64,000 bases of DNA from an uncultured Bacteroidales bacterium (GTDB lineage Bacteria; Bacteroidota; Bacteroidia; Bacteroidales; VadinHA17). The stretch covers positions 479-64,478 of the forward strand of contig CAVSSR010000010.1 in NCBI GenBank assembly GCA_963730615.1, read 5' to 3'. A program made the translations under genes and the position numbers. Of the stretch, positions 18,437 through 28,012 are shown one piece after another. Below the pieces are notes generated by a model, which worked only from the letters and a program-made list of their open reading frames with translations, did no database searches and was not told the origin of the DNA. Within the stretch, counting starts at the first letter, position 1, and each line of letters starts with the position of its first letter.

Positions 18437-18504
18437 CAAAACTATTACACCCTGACTTCAAAACTTTACACAATTCAATAAATGATTTACATCATTCACG
18501 CATT
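18437..18504 (-). promoter_or_regulatory. Composite promoter module P9 (drives 16788..18413)
   Basis: TAATGCGTGAATGATGTAAA-N15-TGTAAA-N20-TAGTTTTG. The box lies 24 nt before the ATG at 18413. Confidence 0.55.
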
Positions 18505-18699
18505 AGCCGGGCAACGAACCGGGCCGAACGTTAAGTCCCGAAATGGTATGTCGGGATAGGGGGAAGCCAGACTGCTGTGACGGATGAAAGACATGATATA
18601 TATCACAGGGACACAGCGGATGTACATTTTTTCCTGAAAATCCTTAACTTCACGGCCTGATTAAGGTAGATCGGACTTTTCTTTACTAAATATTTTATC

Positions 18700-21600
18700 A
18701 TGGCTAATACAAAAGCTTCTCCTGACGTTTCAGGTCAGTCATTTTATATCGGACTTGACATCGGATCAGTTTCTCTCAATACGGTTTTGCTGGATGATAA
18801 CTATAACATCATTGAAGATTACTATGACTACGTTCATGGTAAGCCTTTCAATATGCTCTATGACAGGTTCTCATCCATTCTGAAAAAATACCCCTCGGCC
18901 ACTGTAAAGGGTATTGCCCTGACAGGTACAGGCGGTAAGCTTGCAGCAGGACTAATCGGTGGCGTATTTGTAAATGAGATCATTGCACAGGCAACCTCTG
19001 CAGGCAGGCTCTATCCTGATGCCCGTACAGTCATTGAGATCGGGGGCGAAGATTCCAAACTGATCACTCTGGAGAAGAATCCTGAGGATGATCACGCCAG
19101 GCTCGTTGACTTTGAGATGAACAGCATATGTGCCGCAGGTACCGGGTCATTCCTTGATCAGCAGGCAAAAAGAATAGGTGTCCCTATCGAGAAGGAATTC
19201 GGTGAGATGGCTATGAAATCGGTCAACCCGCCGCGCATTGCAGGCAGATGCAGCGTGTTCGCCAAGAGCGACATGATACATCACCAGCAGTTAGCCACCC
19301 CGCTGCATGATATCGTGGCAGGACTGTGTTTTGCGCTTGCACGTAACTTTCGGAGCACTGTTGCCCGCAGCAAGGAGATAAAGAAACCTGTCATCTTCTC
19401 AGGAGGCGTGGCAGCAAATATAGGCATGATAAGAGCATTCAGGGAAGTGCTTGACCTTAAAGGAGATGAGCTTATTATTCCTGCTCATCATGCGTCAATG
19501 GGCGCCATCGGGGCTGTGATGTACAGCCACACCGGCAATCTGGAGATGAAAGAATTCAAAGGCCTTGAAGAGCTTCAGGCTTACCTGAAAAAGCACGCAT
19601 CTAAATTTGTCAGCCTGCCACAGCTCATCGAATCTGAAGCAGTTTACAACAAGGAAATAAAATTCCACAAGAACGGAACCGACAAACTGCCGGTTTACCT
19701 TGGCATCGATGTAGGCTCACTGAGCACCAACGTTGTTCTGATTGACAAAAAGCATAATGTAGTTGCCAGGCGTTACCTCCCGACAGCCGGCAAGCCGCTG
19801 GAAGCCATACAGAAAGGGATGACGGAGATTTATGACGAGATTGGCGAGCATGTGGAGGTCATCGGTGCAGGCACAACCGGGTCCGGCCGTTACCTGACCG
19901 GGGACTTCATTGGTGCAGATACAATCCAGAATGAAATAACGGCGCAGGCAACCGCCGCAATAGACTATGATCCCACTGTTGATACAATATTTGAGATCGG
20001 CGGACAGGATTCAAAATATATAAGCATCGAAAACGGTGTGGTGGTCGACTTCGAGATGAACAAAGTCTGCGCCGCCGGCACAGGATCATTCCTCGAGGAA
20101 CAGGCTGAAAAACTCAACATCAGGATTGTTGAGCAGTTCGGGAACATGGCCCTTAAGTCAGAGAGTCCCGTCAAGCTCGGTGACCGTTGCACGGTGTTCA
20201 TGGAATCAGACCTGAACTCCTTCATGCAGAAAGGCGCCAAAAACGACAATCTCGTCGGTGGACTGGCCTATTCAATCGTTTACAATTATATGCAGAAAGT
20301 TGTTGCTGACCGGAAAGTCGGCAACAAGATCTTTTTCCAGGGAGGTGTTACAAACAATAAGGCTGTGGTGGCCGCATTCGAGCAGGTGACAGGAAAAAAG
20401 ATCACGATACCGCCGCATTTTGACGTCACCGGTGCAATAGGCGCAGCCATTCTTGCCCAGAGATCGATGAAAGAAGATCAGAAAACCACATTCAAGGGCT
20501 TTGGCGTACGCAATGTGACGTATGAGATGACCAGGTTCGTCTGCAAGAGCTGCGTCAACAATTGCGAAATAAGCAGGATAAATATTACCGGTGAAAAGAA
20601 ATCCCTGTACTACGGCGGACGCTGTGAAAAATATGAGACTGACGGCCGCAAGAAGAATACCGGACACATACCAAATCTCTTCAGTAAGAGACTTGAAATG
20701 CTCAGGGGCGATTTTTCGGAGACACCGGCAAACGGAAAAACAACCATCGGCATTCCCAGGGCTCTGATGATTTACTACCAGCAGTTCCCGTTCTGGAGGA
20801 CCTTCTTCCAGGAGCTTGGATTTAACGTGGTCGTTTCAAGGGAATCCGATAAGGCACTGGTTTCACGTTCAATTGAAACCATCTCCTCAGAGACATGTCT
20901 CCCTGTTGAGCTGATGCACGGTCACGTGATCGATCTCCTCGAGAAAAATGTCGATTATGTATTCATGCCGTTCATTGTGAACGGAAAATACCGCGAGGGA
21001 GACACAACCTCCAATACCAACTGCCCATGGATACAGTCATTTCCGTTCATGGTCAGGGCTGCCCTCAAGGGTAAGGTCGACGAATCAAAATTCCTCACTC
21101 CCACCCTCCACTTCAGGTACTTCGAGCGCGCACTGGTGAAGGAACTCTCAGCTTTTTTCAATGAGAAGTTCGGATTAAAAAAAGAAGATATAAAGAACGC
21201 CATCTATAAGGCTGACAGCGTCCAGGTCTCATTTGAAAAGGGTCTTGTTGAATACGGCAGGGAAGCGCTTAAGAATATCCCGGAAAACTGCCGCCCTGTA
21301 GTTATCCTCGGAAGGCCTTATAACAGTGCCGATCCGCACCTTAACCTTGATCTGACTGAAAAATTGCTTGTGCAGGATGTCATGCCCATCCCGCTTGACA
21401 TGCTTGACCTGTCATCATACAAGATCTACGGAAATTACAGGAACATGTACTGGCCAAACGGTCAGAAGATGATTGCTGCCGCACAGCATGTGGCTAAAAC
21501 AGACGGTTTATATGCAGTCTATATCAGTAATTTCAGGTGCGGTCCTGATTCATTTATATGGCATTACGTCACCGAAGAGCTGAAAGGCAAGCCCTTCCTG

Positions 21601-22959
21601 CATCTTGAAGTGGACGAACACTCTGCCGATGCCGGCATGGTAACCCGTATCGAAGCATTCCTTGACAGCCTCAGGGGCTCCGAGTTGAATGAAAAGAAAG
21701 CCGTAACCATCAACAGGCCGCGACCCAGCCCTTCCGCTCCGCCTGCCAACAGAACACTCTATTTTCCATATATGCATGACGGAGCAGCTTTTGTGGCAGC
21801 AGCAGCCAGGAGTGTCGGCATTCCTTCAGAGGTACTGCCAAAACAGACTGAGGTGGATATTGCCCTGGGAAGAAAGTACACCTCCTCGAAAGAGTGCTTC
21901 CCGATGATCTGCACAACTGGCAGCTTCCTTAAAAAGCTTATGGAGCCGGGTGCTGACCCCTCCAGGATGAGTTTTTTCATGCCTGACCATAACGGCCCGT
22001 GCCGTTTCGGCCAGTATAACCAGTTCCAGAGGATACTGTTTGACAGACTCGGTTTTAAGGATGCAGAGCTCGTTACCCCTTCCAACGACACTTCATACGC
22101 TGATCTTGCCGGTGATCAAAGCCAGAAGTTCAGGATCAATGCATGGAAGGGCTTTGTATCATTTGACTATGTAAGGAAACTTTACAGGGAAATAAGACCT
22201 TATGAAATAAATAAGGGCGATACGGATGCTGTCTATGAAGCCGGCCTGAGAAAAATTGAAAGATCCATCGAAAACGGCTCCAGGGGACTTCGTAAGGTAT
22301 TAGTTGAGGTAGCCAACGAATTCATGGCTATCAGGGCAGACAGAAGTCGCAGGAGACCTGTTGTTGCTATCCTGGGAGAGGTTTACATGCGTGACAATGC
22401 AGGCTGTAACGGAAATATTGCCAACAGGCTTGAGGCACTTGGTGCGGAGGTTCTGATTGGCCCGTTCTCTGAATGGATAACATATTCCACCCATCGCTAC
22501 ACGCGTGACAGCAAATGGAAGAATGACACCAAAGGACTGATAAAATCAAAGATCCAGGGTGTGGGGCAGGAAGTTATTGTTGATTACCTCCTTCACGGTA
22601 TTCACAAATACACTGATACCAGCCTGGATGTCTCCCTCGAGGAAATGCTTGAGCTGAGTAACAAATACGTCAGTGAGTTCTATGACGGTGATCCTCCAAT
22701 AGCAATGGGATCATCTGCCGCACTGGCCTCCAGGGGAGTTGCAGGAATAGCAGCGATACTGCCTTTCACATGTATGCCCGGGACACTTGTTGCGTCGGTG
22801 AGTGATTCATTCCGCAAGGACTACAATAATATCCCGTTCTTAAATATTCCATATGACGGACAGGATACGGTATCACTTGACACCAGGCTGCAGGCGTTTA
22901 TATTCCAGGTGAAGGAGTATGCTCAGGCTGCTATTCAGCCAGTGTCATCTCCTGTATAA
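18700..22959 (+). CDS. Fused CoA-substrate-specific enzyme activase (two BadF/BadG/BcrA/BcrD-type ATPase domains) plus a DUF2229-like C-terminal region
   Basis: 1419 aa with two repeats of the acetate/sugar-kinase-fold activase pattern: GLDIGSVS...CAAGTGSFLDQQA and GIDVGSLS...CAAGTGSFLEEQA. Cys-rich linker CKSCVNNCE. Confidence 0.8.
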   Translation: MANTKASPDVSGQSFYIGLDIGSVSLNTVLLDDNYNIIEDYYDYVHGKPFNMLYDRFSSILKKYPSATVKGIALTGTGGKLAAGLIGGVFVNEIIAQATSAGRLYPDARTVIEIGGEDSKLITLEKNPEDDHARLVDFEMNSICAAGTGSFLDQQAKRIGVPIEKEFGEMAMKSVNPPRIAGRCSVFAKSDMIHHQQLATPLHDIVAGLCFALARNFRSTVARSKEIKKPVIFSGGVAANIGMIRAFREVLDLKGDELIIPAHHASMGAIGAVMYSHTGNLEMKEFKGLEELQAYLKKHASKFVSLPQLIESEAVYNKEIKFHKNGTDKLPVYLGIDVGSLSTNVVLIDKKHNVVARRYLPTAGKPLEAIQKGMTEIYDEIGEHVEVIGAGTTGSGRYLTGDFIGADTIQNEITAQATAAIDYDPTVDTIFEIGGQDSKYISIENGVVVDFEMNKVCAAGTGSFLEEQAEKLNIRIVEQFGNMALKSESPVKLGDRCTVFMESDLNSFMQKGAKNDNLVGGLAYSIVYNYMQKVVADRKVGNKIFFQGGVTNNKAVVAAFEQVTGKKITIPPHFDVTGAIGAAILAQRSMKEDQKTTFKGFGVRNVTYEMTRFVCKSCVNNCEISRINITGEKKSLYYGGRCEKYETDGRKKNTGHIPNLFSKRLEMLRGDFSETPANGKTTIGIPRALMIYYQQFPFWRTFFQELGFNVVVSRESDKALVSRSIETISSETCLPVELMHGHVIDLLEKNVDYVFMPFIVNGKYREGDTTSNTNCPWIQSFPFMVRAALKGKVDESKFLTPTLHFRYFERALVKELSAFFNEKFGLKKEDIKNAIYKADSVQVSFEKGLVEYGREALKNIPENCRPVVILGRPYNSADPHLNLDLTEKLLVQDVMPIPLDMLDLSSYKIYGNYRNMYWPNGQKMIAAAQHVAKTDGLYAVYISNFRCGPDSFIWHYVTEELKGKPFLHLEVDEHSADAGMVTRIEAFLDSLRGSELNEKKAVTINRPRPSPSAPPANRTLYFPYMHDGAAFVAAAARSVGIPSEVLPKQTEVDIALGRKYTSSKECFPMICTTGSFLKKLMEPGADPSRMSFFMPDHNGPCRFGQYNQFQRILFDRLGFKDAELVTPSNDTSYADLAGDQSQKFRINAWKGFVSFDYVRKLYREIRPYEINKGDTDAVYEAGLRKIERSIENGSRGLRKVLVEVANEFMAIRADRSRRRPVVAILGEVYMRDNAGCNGNIANRLEALGAEVLIGPFSEWITYSTHRYTRDSKWKNDTKGLIKSKIQGVGQEVIVDYLLHGIHKYTDTSLDVSLEEMLELSNKYVSEFYDGDPPIAMGSSAALASRGVAGIAAILPFTCMPGTLVASVSDSFRKDYNNIPFLNIPYDGQDTVSLDTRLQAFIFQVKEYAQAAIQPVSSPV

Positions 22960-25084
22960 GATAGTCCGCACCGGCGAACTTCTCTATAATAAAGAGGACA
23001 TACCTGATGTCAAGGCTGATGTTACGGCTTTGAAGCGGGTTGAACATCATGTCTGAGGCCACCCCCTCCCATGCGCGGTCAAAATTGATGCCTATCAGCT
23101 GACCCTCTGCATTGAGGACCGGACTGCCGGAGTTGCCCCCGGTGGTGTGGTTGTTGGCAATGAAACATACAGGCACATCGCCGTTGACGGCATACCGGCC
23201 GAAATCCTTTTTCTGATACAGTTCCCTGAGTTTGTCCGGGACGTCATAGTCGTAGATTTCCGGGTTATCCTTCTCCATCACTCCTGTAAGGGTGGTGAAA
23301 TGCTTATAATAAACGGCATCCCTGGATTCATATCCCATGATCCTGCCGTAGGAGAGCCGGAGGGTAAAATTGGCATCCGGATAAAAGACCTTGTCACTGC
23401 CCTGTTCCATCTGTCCCGCCATATATGTCCGGTTCAGGACTGCAAGACGGGCGTTTAGTGCTGAAAGATCGGGTCTGACTTTCTTATCAAGCAGATCTGA
23501 TGCAGAGGCTGCAAGAATATAAAACGGATCCTTCCGGACCTTATTTGCATCAAATTTGGTAAGTAGCTCCTGAACCTTCTTTTCATCCGTGAAAATCGAT
23601 CTGGCAAACAGCTTGTCAGTGACAGAGTTAAAGTCACCCTTGCATGAGGCATACAGCTCCTTATAAGCCTGCGATTGCCACTCAGGGCTGATGTTTCTGG
23701 CGTAGAGATCCATCACCGCTACAAAAAGTCTCTTTGCAACAGCATCATCATAGTCTTTAAAAAAGTCTGCAGTGACATTCTTCAGTCTTGCCAGTTCCTT
23801 TTCAATATCGGGATTTTTAACTGCGGCCATATTTACAGCATTCCTGAAGCTGTTGGCAAGCTCGGCAGGCTCCACGCCGTTGTTGTAAAAGACTTCCGCC
23901 GTATAATTGTTTACCAGGCTGAGGGTACTGTATGTCTTATATATTTCGTCGTACTGTTCGAATAGCTTACCGTATCTGGCCGTGAGGACTGCATCACCGG
24001 CGACCCACTTTGAGAATCCTTTTTCAAATGTCTCTTTGGTTTCCACACCCTTGATTTTATCGAGGCTCTGTATCTCGCCCTGCCATTTCTTCCACCCGTT
24101 GGACAGCCCGAATGATTTATCGGCATACTTTATTCTTACAAGCTGATCTTTGGCCATTTCCTGTTCCATGATGGAAATCTTCGTACCGCGGATCTCAATC
24201 TGTTTCGGATAGATAATATCCTTAAGCATTTTTATCTGGTTTGAGGGAGCGTACTCCTGCGTTCTGGCCGGATAGCCAAAGACCATTGTAAAATCGCCCT
24301 CCTTTACTCCGGCCAGTGAAACCGGAAAATGATATACCGGCCTGTAGGGAACATTATCAGCGGAATATGCGGCCGGTTTATTCGCACTGTCGGCATAGAC
24401 CCTGAACAGGGAAAAATCGCCTGTATGCCGCGGCCATACCCAGTTGTCAGTGTCGCCACCGAACTTCCCGATAGCCGACGGCGGGGCACCAACAAGCCTT
24501 ACATCCCGGAACACTTCGTTCACAATCAGAAAATACTGGTTTCCCAGGAAGAACGGAACGACCATGGAATTGTAATGAGTCCCCTTAACCGCTTCGGCAT
24601 TAATGGCAGTTATATTTGCATTTATCAGTGCCTCACGTTTTTCCGGATCCAGGTCATCAGAGACCCCTTCAAGCACCTTTCCTGTAACATCCTCCATGTA
24701 CTTCATGATTGTAACTGACAGCCCGGGATTGGACAGCTCTTCCTCATTGGTTGAAGCCCAGAAACCGTCAGAAAGGTAGTCATGCTCAAGTGTTGAGTGG
24801 TTTTGTATTGAGCCGAAACCGCAATGATGGTTGGTAAGGATCAGGCCTTTATCCGAAATGAATTCTCCGGTGCAGCCGCCGCCAAAGAGTACAACGGCGT
24901 CTTTCATCGATGCCTTGTTGATACTGTAAATATCTTCAGCGGTGAGCTTGAATCCGTTTTCCTGCATGATCCTGATATTGTACTTCTCTATCAGTACCGG
25001 TATCCACATTCCCTCGTCGGCCCTGGCAGTAACAGATAGAAGTGAGATTATCAGAACCAGCAACAATGACTGTTTTTTCATCAT
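22931..25084 (-). CDS. S46-family dipeptidyl-peptidase (DPP7/DPP11-like)
   Basis: Signal peptide followed by the characteristic DEGMWIP start of the mature protein. Motifs TNHHCG and GGNSGSPV (catalytic Ser). Confidence 0.85.
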   Translation of the reverse strand: MMKKQSLLLVLIISLLSVTARADEGMWIPVLIEKYNIRIMQENGFKLTAEDIYSINKASMKDAVVLFGGGCTGEFISDKGLILTNHHCGFGSIQNHSTLEHDYLSDGFWASTNEEELSNPGLSVTIMKYMEDVTGKVLEGVSDDLDPEKREALINANITAINAEAVKGTHYNSMVVPFFLGNQYFLIVNEVFRDVRLVGAPPSAIGKFGGDTDNWVWPRHTGDFSLFRVYADSANKPAAYSADNVPYRPVYHFPVSLAGVKEGDFTMVFGYPARTQEYAPSNQIKMLKDIIYPKQIEIRGTKISIMEQEMAKDQLVRIKYADKSFGLSNGWKKWQGEIQSLDKIKGVETKETFEKGFSKWVAGDAVLTARYGKLFEQYDEIYKTYSTLSLVNNYTAEVFYNNGVEPAELANSFRNAVNMAAVKNPDIEKELARLKNVTADFFKDYDDAVAKRLFVAVMDLYARNISPEWQSQAYKELYASCKGDFNSVTDKLFARSIFTDEKKVQELLTKFDANKVRKDPFYILAASASDLLDKKVRPDLSALNARLAVLNRTYMAGQMEQGSDKVFYPDANFTLRLSYGRIMGYESRDAVYYKHFTTLTGVMEKDNPEIYDYDVPDKLRELYQKKDFGRYAVNGDVPVCFIANNHTTGGNSGSPVLNAEGQLIGINFDRAWEGVASDMMFNPLQSRNISLDIRYVLFIIEKFAGADYLIQEMTLAE

Positions 25085-25683
25085 TTTAGTTTTTTGTTTC
25101 CTGTAAAGTCAAGCAACCGGGCATAAAGATCACTGACAGGCATGCCAACGACATTGTAATATGATCCTTCAATGCGTGTTATGCCCCGGAGTCCAATCCA
25201 TTCCTGGATACCGTATGCACCTGCCTTATCAAGGGGTTGGTAGTTTTCAATATAATACTCAATCTCTTCATCCGACAGCTCCCTGAATGTCACACGGGTT
25301 GTCACCGAGAAAGTGAGTTTTTTGCTGCTGTCCCTGAGGCACATACCTGTTATGACCTCATGCTCACAGCCTGAGAGCAGCCTGAGAAACTGTGCTGCCT
25401 CCTCTGTATCAACAGGCTTGCCGAGTACCGTATCATGGCACCAGACAACAGTATCAGCTGTAATGATTATCTGGCCGGGCCTTATATCTTCTTTCCATGC
25501 CGCAGCCTTCCCCTCGGCCAGGAACCCGGCGATCTCCCTGCCGCTGAGATGCGAAGGCCATACTTCATTGAAATCAACAGAGGCGGCACGAAACCTGAAG
25601 CCGGCCTCTTCGAGCAGCTGCCTGCGGCGCGGTGATGCAGAGGCGAGAATAAGATCGTACTCCTTTAACCCGTCAGAGATCAT
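25081..25683 (-). CDS. maf: Maf-family nucleoside triphosphate pyrophosphatase
   Basis: LILASASPRRRQLL...DTVV...GKP...AYGIQ motifs. I use the ATG at 25683, adjacent to the stop of the upstream gene. Confidence 0.85.
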   Translation of the reverse strand: MISDGLKEYDLILASASPRRRQLLEEAGFRFRAASVDFNEVWPSHLSGREIAGFLAEGKAAAWKEDIRPGQIIITADTVVWCHDTVLGKPVDTEEAAQFLRLLSGCEHEVITGMCLRDSSKKLTFSVTTRVTFRELSDEEIEYYIENYQPLDKAGAYGIQEWIGLRGITRIEGSYYNVVGMPVSDLYARLLDFTGNKKLK

Positions 25684-25684
25684 C

Positions 25685-26694
25685 CTAGAACAGCTTTCCT
25701 GAAGAAATGATTCCGCCTGCAACCAGTGAATAGAGTATCCCTGCCAGCATTATCAGCTTCATCAGTCCGCTGGCCAGATGAAGGGCATGCTGTTCCCTGG
25801 CGGTAAGAACCTTGTAATTCACCCATATCATCGGGACTGTGACAGGAGGGAAATATAGGTTAATGTGATCTTATCGTTCAGGTACCTGAACCAGATAAAG
25901 TAGAGGAGAAATATTGTCACAAGTGAAAGGAAGAGAACGGCAATTCCGGATGCCATGATTCCAGCCCTGACAGGCAGTGTCTTGCGTCCCAGGGCCAGGT
26001 CACCCTTATAGTCTTCCATGTCCTTTATAATCTCGCGGATAAAAGTTGTCATAAAGGCAAACAGGGCAAACCCTCCCACCCAGTAAAAGAGAATGGCAAC
26101 ACCGGGGAAATCGATCACCGAGCCGGCATAATGCATGAAGACCGGAGGTGCGTCATAGATAACAACCATCATCGGTACCATGGCGGTCAGGAATGCAACG
26201 ATGATATTGCCGATGAGAAATTGCCTTTTGTACGTTGCGGAGTAAAAATAAAGCAAGCCTGAAACCAGGATAAATACCACACCCAGCCAGAAATACCCTA
26301 TCCGTGCAGAAACATAAGTACCGCCGATCACACCAAGAATATTGAAGATATTGTGATACAGCATGGCCGTGCGCCTGGTCATTGTGTTGCCAACTATTAT
26401 TGAACCCCTGTTGATCAGATCGGCACGGATGTCAAAGTAATCGTTGATCACATAACCGGCTGCAGTAATTAATACTGTCGAAATTACAAGGATGAGGAAA
26501 TCAAACCAGCCCAGCTGGAAGCTCATCCGGGTAACGATCAGGGGAGAATCGATCATCGTGACAGGCATGGCGTTCAGCAGGGGACTGATGACAGCATACC
26601 TCATCAGCAGCATCGTGAGAGCCACAATGAGCAGGTTAGGCAGTCTGATAAGCGTCAGAAGGCCCCGCAGCATATTACCAGGAAAAAGCTTCAT
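25685..26694 (-). CDS. UbiA-family prenyltransferase; frame broken once near 25835-25855
   Basis: ORF 25828..26694 carries NDYFDIRAD, the Asp-rich UbiA motif. It continues in another frame as ...PVTVPMIWVNYKVLTAREQHALHLASGLMKLIMLAGILYSLVAGGIISSGKLF*, with the stop at 25685-25687. The span of 1010 nt is not a multiple of 3. Confidence 0.75.
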
Positions 26695-27196
26695 AATCCA
26701 TCCAGTTGTTATGCAGTCTCAATGCCTGTTCAATGACATCGCGAACACATCCCTCGCCGCCGCGCTTGTCTGAGATATAGACGGAAACCTGCTTTATTTC
26801 GCTGTCCGCATCGCTGGGACAGGCAGGCAAACCGACCATTTTCATCACCTCATAGTCAGGGATATCATCACCCATATAAAGTACATTCCTGATGTCCAAA
26901 CCCCACTTGCTGACCAGCGCCTTCATGCTTTCCTTCTTGGTCCGGGAATTGAGATAAATATCATTTACACCAAGTGTTTTAAGACGCTTGATATACTCTT
27001 TTGAGTTGGCTCCTGAGATCACTCCGACATGATATCCTTTTTTGACCGCGAGCTGTATGGCATATCCATCCCTGAGGTTTACCGTGCGCAGCGGGATACC
27101 CCACACCGACAGTGCAATTGTCTGTGTTGAGAGTACGCCGTCAATATCGAAGACGAATGCTTTTACATTCTGCAGCTCTTCCTTGAAATTGGTCAT
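26675..27196 (-). CDS. kdsC: 3-deoxy-D-manno-octulosonate-8-phosphate phosphatase (HAD-IIIA)
   Basis: FVFDIDGVLS (HAD motif I), GVISG, MGDDIPD. Size is about 173 aa. Confidence 0.8.
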   Translation of the reverse strand: MTNFKEELQNVKAFVFDIDGVLSTQTIALSVWGIPLRTVNLRDGYAIQLAVKKGYHVGVISGANSKEYIKRLKTLGVNDIYLNSRTKKESMKALVSKWGLDIRNVLYMGDDIPDYEVMKMVGLPACPSDADSEIKQVSVYISDKRGGEGCVRDVIEQALRLHNNWMDYEAFSW

Positions 27197-27975
27197 CAGT
27201 CGTTGTTCTTATAATGGCCGGTGATCATCCTGCTGATCAGCCGGTACAGTTCCTGGTATTCAGGTGAGAAAGATAACAATTCGAGGTGACTTTCCATCGT
27301 ACTGACGTCATGTCTGACAGCCGGGCCGGTCTGGGCATGCTCCGGGCCGGTACGCAGAGCCTTGCGTACAGTCTCTTCCATCAGCGGCCTCAGCAGTGAC
27401 GGATCAAATCCGGCTTCGGTTGCTATTGCCTCACCGGTCGTCATCATGAAGTTGGAGAAATTGTTTGCGAACACAGCTGCCACATGAAGATGCCGGCGCT
27501 TTTCAGTGTCACAGTCCCAGGCTCCGGCCCCTATATCCGTCGCCAGTTCTCTGAGTAAATCCAAAGAAGGCTCATCAGTGGCCTCGATAAAAAAAGGCAC
27601 CTTCTTAAGCTCAGGCATGAAGCCCTTTGTGAATGTCTGCAGCGGATAGAACACACCAGCCCGCCGGCTGCGCCCCAACGCATCAAGAGAAACGCTTCCG
27701 GCAGTGTGCACTATAACCGTCCTGTCCGGAAGAATGACCTCCCGGGCTACCTCAGCCACTGAAGTGTCGGTGACAGCAAGAATGAGTATATCGCAATTGT
27801 CGGGTACTGAAAGATCTCTCCTCCACTCTGCTCCTGTGGCTGCCGCAAGGGCATGTGCACTTTCGCCGCCTCTTGAGGCCACGGATATTATCCGGTGGCC
27901 GGCGGCCTTGAACCCACGGCATAGCGCCTCCGCCACATTTCCTGCACCTATAAAGGATATGTTGCGGTCAGACAT
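27196..27975 (-). CDS. Rossmann-fold NAD(P)-binding protein with a DUF2520-like C-terminal domain
   Basis: N-terminal ISFIGAGNVAEAL dinucleotide-binding motif; 259 aa. Confidence 0.65.
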   Translation of the reverse strand: MSDRNISFIGAGNVAEALCRGFKAAGHRIISVASRGGESAHALAAATGAEWRRDLSVPDNCDILILAVTDTSVAEVAREVILPDRTVIVHTAGSVSLDALGRSRRAGVFYPLQTFTKGFMPELKKVPFFIEATDEPSLDLLRELATDIGAGAWDCDTEKRRHLHVAAVFANNFSNFMMTTGEAIATEAGFDPSLLRPLMEETVRKALRTGPEHAQTGPAVRHDVSTMESHLELLSFSPEYQELYRLISRMITGHYKNND

Positions 27976-28012
27976 TCAGGGTGAGAATTACAAACTTGAG
28001 CTGTTCAGGAGG

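Noticed and set aside
22931-22959. A 29-nt overlap of the convergent 3' ends of the activase gene and the S46 peptidase gene
   Set aside because: Short convergent overlaps are common, and no structure or repeat is associated with this one.
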